This document shows, one piece after another, positions 46,166 through 50,049 of a stretch of DNA of 50,049 nt (its first letter is position 1; the number at the start of each line of letters is the position of its first letter). Below the pieces are notes generated by a model. The model was given only the letters and a program-made list of their open reading frames with translations. It did no database searches and was not told the origin of the DNA. The DNA is from Actinomycetales bacterium (lineage in GTDB: Bacteria; Actinomycetota; Actinomycetes; Actinomycetales; CAVURS01): assembly GCA_045807245.1 (NCBI GenBank), contig JBJMHS010000037.1, positions 1 to 50,049 on the forward strand, written 5' to 3'. A program made the position numbers and the translations under genes.

Positions 46166-47031
46166 GCCGGCGTCGTGTAGCTGCGGATGGAGAAGTTGTC
46201 GCCCCACTTCACGACCGGCCAGTAGTGAGTGCCGGCGTCCAGGATGTGCACGTCCGCCTCCTGACCCCCGACCGGACGTCGGTGCACGGTGATGCCCTCC
46301 ATCTCGACGTAGTCCCCGAACTGCCGGACGCCGAGCCATCTCCCGTCGGAGAGACGGTAGGTGTAGAGGCGGCCGCGGCCCGCGCTCGAGGTCAGCAGGA
46401 TGCGGCCGTCCAGGAACGCGCCGCCCTGCACCCGGTCCAGAGCCGGGTCGGAGGGACCGAGGACGACGTCCGCGTCCGACACCCGGGCGAGCGTCTGCCA
46501 CTCCAAGGCCTGGAGCCGTCCGGGCCGCCAGTGCAGGGTGGTGTAGAGCAGCCCGCTGCCAGGCTCCAGGTCGACCCAGGAGTAGCGCTCCGGCCGCTCC
46601 GGTGCCGGGTCCGGCCACCAGTCCTGATGCGCCAGGTCGTCGGCCAGGACCCAGATGCCGGACGGTTTCTGGGTCGGCACGAGCAAGGTGTCGCGCACCC
46701 ATGCGGGCGCACCGAGATGGATCGGGCGCTCCTTGGCCACGGCCCGGTTGCGGCCGACCAGCTCGGCCCAGATCCCCGCATCCGGGGCCACCTCGCGGAT
46801 CTTGCGGCCGTCCGGTCCGAACACGCCGACCCGGCGCGTGTTGCGGTAGCGGCCGAACACCGACGCGGGCGCGGTGATCTTGCGCATCAGCCCGGCGACC
46901 GCGCGGTTGGACACCACGAACCATCGGGTGCCGTCGGTCGCGACGCCCTGGGCTGACTCGGCGAAGTCCGTGTGGATTTCCTGGACCGCGATCCCGACCT
47001 CCCGCCAGCCGTCCAGCCACGCGTCCTTCAT
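46159..47031 (-). CDS. Hypothetical protein, probably a beta-propeller
   Basis: Repeated blade-like motifs AQGVATDG..WF, VQGGAFLDGRILL and EMEGITV. GC3-biased codons. Confidence 0.65.
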   Translation of the reverse strand: MKDAWLDGWREVGIAVQEIHTDFAESAQGVATDGTRWFVVSNRAVAGLMRKITAPASVFGRYRNTRRVGVFGPDGRKIREVAPDAGIWAELVGRNRAVAKERPIHLGAPAWVRDTLLVPTQKPSGIWVLADDLAHQDWWPDPAPERPERYSWVDLEPGSGLLYTTLHWRPGRLQALEWQTLARVSDADVVLGPSDPALDRVQGGAFLDGRILLTSSAGRGRLYTYRLSDGRWLGVRQFGDYVEMEGITVHRRPVGGQEADVHILDAGTHYWPVVKWGDNFSIRSYTTPAH

Positions 47032-47107
47032 CGACGCGCCCCGCCGTTCACCTCAGGGACCCTAGCCTCGAGTGGCGCCGGCGCACCCGGAGGTCTGTCA
47101 TGGACAG

Positions 47108-47272
47108 ATGACGCGTCGCCGGCTCCGCCGGATGCTGACCGCCGTCCTGATGGCCTTGCTCCTGGCGGCGGCCCTGCTGCGCTTCGGCGGCTCGGCGTCC
47201 GCAGCGCCGGCATCGTCCGGTGGTGGCGGCGGCTGGGTGCAGCCGGCAGCCGCCGCCGGCAGCACTCGCTAG
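47108..47272 (+). CDS. Small putative secreted peptide (54 aa; alternative GTG start 47072)
   Basis: Arg-rich n-region, hydrophobic core, ASA cleavage site and a 22-aa Gly/Ala-rich mature part. Confidence 0.45.
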   Translation: MTRRRLRRMLTAVLMALLLAAALLRFGGSASAAPASSGGGGGWVQPAAAAGSTR

Positions 47273-47283
47273 CCTCGACGACT

Positions 47284-47841
47284 GTGCCCGGTCCCGACGT
47301 CCGCGTGGCCACCTCCGCGGACCGCGAAGCGATCGTCGACACCGTCCTCGCAGCGTTCGTCGCCGACCCGGCGTTCCGCTACTTCTTCCCGACCGACGCC
47401 TCGTACGCGGAGGAGACCCGGCTCTTCGTCGGCGAGCTGCTGGACCAGCGGCTGGCGTTCGGCACGGTCTGGGTGGTGGAGGACGGCGCCGCGGTGTCGA
47501 TGTGGAACCCACCCGGGCCCACCCATGCAGCGCTGCCGGCCGGGCTGTCCGCCGAGACGGCCGGACGGATCAACCGGTTCGACGCGCAGGTGCGGGACCT
47601 CATGCCGGCCGACCCGCACTGGTATCTCGGGATCGTCGCGACCCATCCGGACCACGGCGGCCGGGGCTGGGGCCGGCTGGCCATGGAGCCCGGCCTCGAA
47701 CGCTCGCGAACCGACGGGCGGCCGGCGTACCTGGAGACCGTCACGGCGGTGAACGTCGGGATCTACGAGCGGTACGGCTGGCGGTTGGCCGCGACGACGC
47801 AGGTGGACCAGATCGAGGTCCGCATCATGCGGAACCCCTGA
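47284..47841 (+). CDS. GNAT-family N-acetyltransferase
   Basis: AF..DP, HWYLGIVATHPDHGGRGWG (acetyl-CoA motif A), AYLET and N..IYERYGW. Confidence 0.88.
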   Translation: MPGPDVRVATSADREAIVDTVLAAFVADPAFRYFFPTDASYAEETRLFVGELLDQRLAFGTVWVVEDGAAVSMWNPPGPTHAALPAGLSAETAGRINRFDAQVRDLMPADPHWYLGIVATHPDHGGRGWGRLAMEPGLERSRTDGRPAYLETVTAVNVGIYERYGWRLAATTQVDQIEVRIMRNP

Positions 47842-47862
47842 CCGCCCGACTGCAGAACGCCC

Positions 47863-47891
47863 CTCAAGCATGGCCGTGATCGCGCCGACAA
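47863..47891 (+). promoter_or_regulatory. Candidate sigma28 (FliA/WhiG)-type promoter for the GGDEF gene
   Basis: CTCA (47863-47866)-N17-GCCGACAA (47884-47891), 36 nt before the ATG. Confidence 0.5.
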
Positions 47892-47927
47892 AACGGATAC
47901 AGCGGACGGTACGTCGAGGGGACCACC

Positions 47928-48980
47928 ATGCGGTACGACGTCGAGTCGAGGCTGCGCAGCCTCGCCTCGATGGCGCGCGCCCTGGGTCGCTCCGAACGCC
48001 TCGAAACCATCGTCGAGATGTGTGCGGAGGAGGCCCGGCGGGCCATCGACGCCGCCAGCGTCTCGATCAGCCGGCTGGAGGCCGGCACCGGCCTGGTCCG
48101 CACGGTCATCAACGTGGGGGACCTCGGTCCGGGCGAGGAGCGCTGGCCGAGCAACGAGTTCTACAGCCTGCAGGACTTCGTCCAGCTCCAGTCGGTGGTC
48201 AACGACCTGCGCACCTGGACCTACGCCCTCGGCGACCCCGATGTCGACCCGAAGGAGGCGGAGCTGCTGCGCGCCCTCGGCAAGGCCTCGGCGCTCGGGG
48301 CGCCGCTCGTCGTCGACGGTGCACTCTGGGGTGAGCTGTACGCCACGCGCGGCCACCGCCAGCCGGCGTTCGACGCGGGCGAGACGGCCTACCTCGAGGC
48401 GCTCGCGGCCATCCTCTCCGGTGCCATCTCGCGTGCGCTGCACGTGCAGTCGCTCGAGGAGATGGCCTTCCGCGACTCACTGACCGGGCTGGCCAACCGC
48501 CGGGCGGTCGACGAAGCGGTGCGCAGGGCGCTCGACGAGCTGACCATGCACGGCACCCAGGAAGTCTGCGTCGTCCTCGCGGATGCCAACGGGCTCAAGG
48601 CGGTCAACGACACCAAGGGCCATGCCGAGGGCGACCGGTTCCTCCGGCTCATCGGGCGCACTCTGGTGCAGCAGTTCGCCCAGCTCCCGGGCAGCCTGGT
48701 GGCTCGGGTCGGCGGCGACGAGTTCTGTGTGGTCGTCGTGGGGCACACTCCCGAGCGCGTGCTCGAGGTGGCGACCGGGATGGTGCGCGCCACGCACCGG
48801 CTCTCCGTGGGTGGCGGGGTCGCCTGCGGCGTCGCCGCGGCCGACATCGGAGCGACCGGCGTACGGATCTCGGCGACGCTGCTGTTCCAGGCCGCAGACC
48901 GGGCCCAGTACGCCGCCAAGCGACTCGGCGCGCGGCATGCGATCGCCGCCGAAGCCGGGCCGGGCATCAAGTCCGCCTGA
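47928..48980 (+). CDS. GAF-GGDEF diguanylate cyclase
   Basis: N-terminal GAF (APLVVDGALWGEL), DSLTGLANRR, DANGLKAVND..GH.EGD, ARVGGDEF and AD.AQYAAK. No RxxD I-site. Confidence 0.92.
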   Translation: MRYDVESRLRSLASMARALGRSERLETIVEMCAEEARRAIDAASVSISRLEAGTGLVRTVINVGDLGPGEERWPSNEFYSLQDFVQLQSVVNDLRTWTYALGDPDVDPKEAELLRALGKASALGAPLVVDGALWGELYATRGHRQPAFDAGETAYLEALAAILSGAISRALHVQSLEEMAFRDSLTGLANRRAVDEAVRRALDELTMHGTQEVCVVLADANGLKAVNDTKGHAEGDRFLRLIGRTLVQQFAQLPGSLVARVGGDEFCVVVVGHTPERVLEVATGMVRATHRLSVGGGVACGVAAADIGATGVRISATLLFQAADRAQYAAKRLGARHAIAAEAGPGIKSA

Positions 48981-49109
48981 CCGGGCCGGCGCCTCACGGC
49001 CCCTGAACTTGAGTGATTGTGTCGATCTTCGTCGGCCGAAAAGCGGGCAAACAGGGGCGCTCAGGACGACCGGATTCGGCAAACGGCCGACTAAGAGGGC
49101 ACCGACCCA

Positions 49110-49142
49110 TACGCTGAGCGTCAGCGGTCTCACAGAGCGTCA
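49110..49142 (+). promoter_or_regulatory. -10-like TACGCT followed by a BldD-box-like site
   Basis: TACGCT at 49110-49115 and TCAC-AGAGC-GTCA at 49130-49142 (TNAC-N5-GTNA), preceded by TC like the 32 kb boxes. Confidence 0.45.
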
Positions 49143-49219
49143 TCCGGCTGCGCCGTCTGTGGCGGCGGCACTCGGGCGCTTCCCCCGCCGTGGGACCGCT
49201 GGGGAGGGTGCAGGTCGCA

Positions 49220-50049
49220 ATGCTGATCAACGAAGACGACGTCATGCTCAGCGCTCGCGTGTCGTCTCAACACCGCCCGTCGCTGGAGCAGTTCGCCGAG
49301 GCGCGGGTCCTGTTGATCGACGACGAGCCGGCGAACCTCGCGCTCCTCACGCAGCTGTTGTCCCGGGGAGGGCTGCGCAACCTGCACAGCCTCAGCGACC
49401 CGCGGCTGGCCCTCGACGCCATCGCCTCCCTCGACCCGGACCTGATCCTGCTCGACCTGCACATGCCGGCCATCGACGGCTACGCGATCCTGGCCGACCT
49501 GCGCCGCCGCGCGAACGGCTCGTACCTGCCGGTGCTGGTGCTGTCGGCCGACACGACCCGTCAGGCCATCACCCGAGCGCTCGCACTGGGGGCGAAGGAC
49601 TTCCTCACCAAGCCGTTCGACATCGACGAGGCGACGCTGCGGGTCCGGAACCTGTTGGAGACCAAGCAGCTGCACACGACGCTGCGGCACCACAACGTGC
49701 GCCTGCACCGCCGGCTCGACGAGTTCGAGCGGGCCGCTGATGTGGAGCTCGAGGCGCGCCAGGCGGTGGCCGAACGGATCCAGGACGTCTTGCGCGGCGA
49801 CGCCATCACGATGGTGTTCCAGCCGATCGTCGACGTCGCCGAGGGACGCCTGGTCGGGTGCGAGGCCCTGGCCCGCTTCACCACTCCCCCGGTGCAGGCG
49901 CCGGACCGGTGGTTCGCCGAGGCCGACCTGGTCGGGCTCGGCATCGAGCTGGAGACCACGGCCGTGGCGCTGGCCCTGCGCGAGCTGCCGCGGCTGCCGA
50001 GCCACGCGTTCCTCGCGGTCAACGTGTCACCGTCCACCGCCGTGTCACC
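49220..50049 (+). CDS. Response-regulator receiver + EAL c-di-GMP phosphodiesterase, 3'-truncated and absent from the ORF track
   Basis: Translated by hand: VLLIDDE, PDLILLDLHMP.IDG, VLSAD and FLTKPF (REC), then VFQPIVD, GCEALARF, PDRWF and AVNVSP (EAL). Confidence 0.92.
   Translation, partial: MLINEDDVMLSARVSSQHRPSLEQFAEARVLLIDDEPANLALLTQLLSRGGLRNLHSLSDPRLALDAIASLDPDLILLDLHMPAIDGYAILADLRRRANGSYLPVLVLSADTTRQAITRALALGAKDFLTKPFDIDEATLRVRNLLETKQLHTTLRHHNVRLHRRLDEFERAADVELEARQAVAERIQDVLRGDAITMVFQPIVDVAEGRLVGCEALARFTTPPVQAPDRWFAEADLVGLGIELETTAVALALRELPRLPSHAFLAVNVSPSTAVS

Noticed and set aside
43730..47020. 1096-aa - strand ORF
   Set aside because: Low-complexity shadow frame spanning the VOC, peroxidase and propeller genes.
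49040..49110. c-di-GMP-I riboswitch suggested by GGCAAAC
   Set aside because: It lacks the GAAA-tetraloop stem and the following GACGCAAAG/receptor elements. An Rfam search would settle it.

Overview
High-GC actinobacterial chromosomal window with about 50 genes. I found no rRNA, tRNA, CRISPR array, IS element or prophage. (1) 1-21 kb is a stress/stationary-phase-type block: TreS-like amylase, Zn-ADH, YihY-hypothetical-holin-X-DUF3618 operon, SDR, CrtI-like oxidoreductase, type IB topoisomerase, Cys-type formate dehydrogenase with an NrfD anchor, F420-LLM enzyme, UdgX, YbdK and a Rho_N protein. (2) 21-24 kb holds single hydrolases and a methyltransferase. (3) 24-29.3 kb is a compact glycan-modification module (WecB, TagA-type glycosyltransferase, sulfotransferase, a helical-repeat protein and an FAD/NAD-binding protein) with no export or polymerase genes. 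(4) Three c-di-GMP enzymes (HD-GYP, GAF-GGDEF, REC-EAL) are flanked by BldD-box-like and sigma28/WhiG-like motifs. A tandem box pair precedes a hairpin that may be a small RNA. (5) 32.2-39 kb is a GntR-linked operon (APC permease, FGGY kinase, G1PDH-like dehydrogenase, HAD-IIA phosphatase, uncharacterised TIM barrel) that looks like an unassigned catabolic pathway. (6) The remainder includes an apparently permuted NlpC/P60-like cell-wall protein with Ser at the catalytic Cys position, a MetE-like/CoA-ligase/MDMPI/VOC cluster and a Tat-exported heme peroxidase. All assignments come from motif recognition by eye, and no database searches were run.
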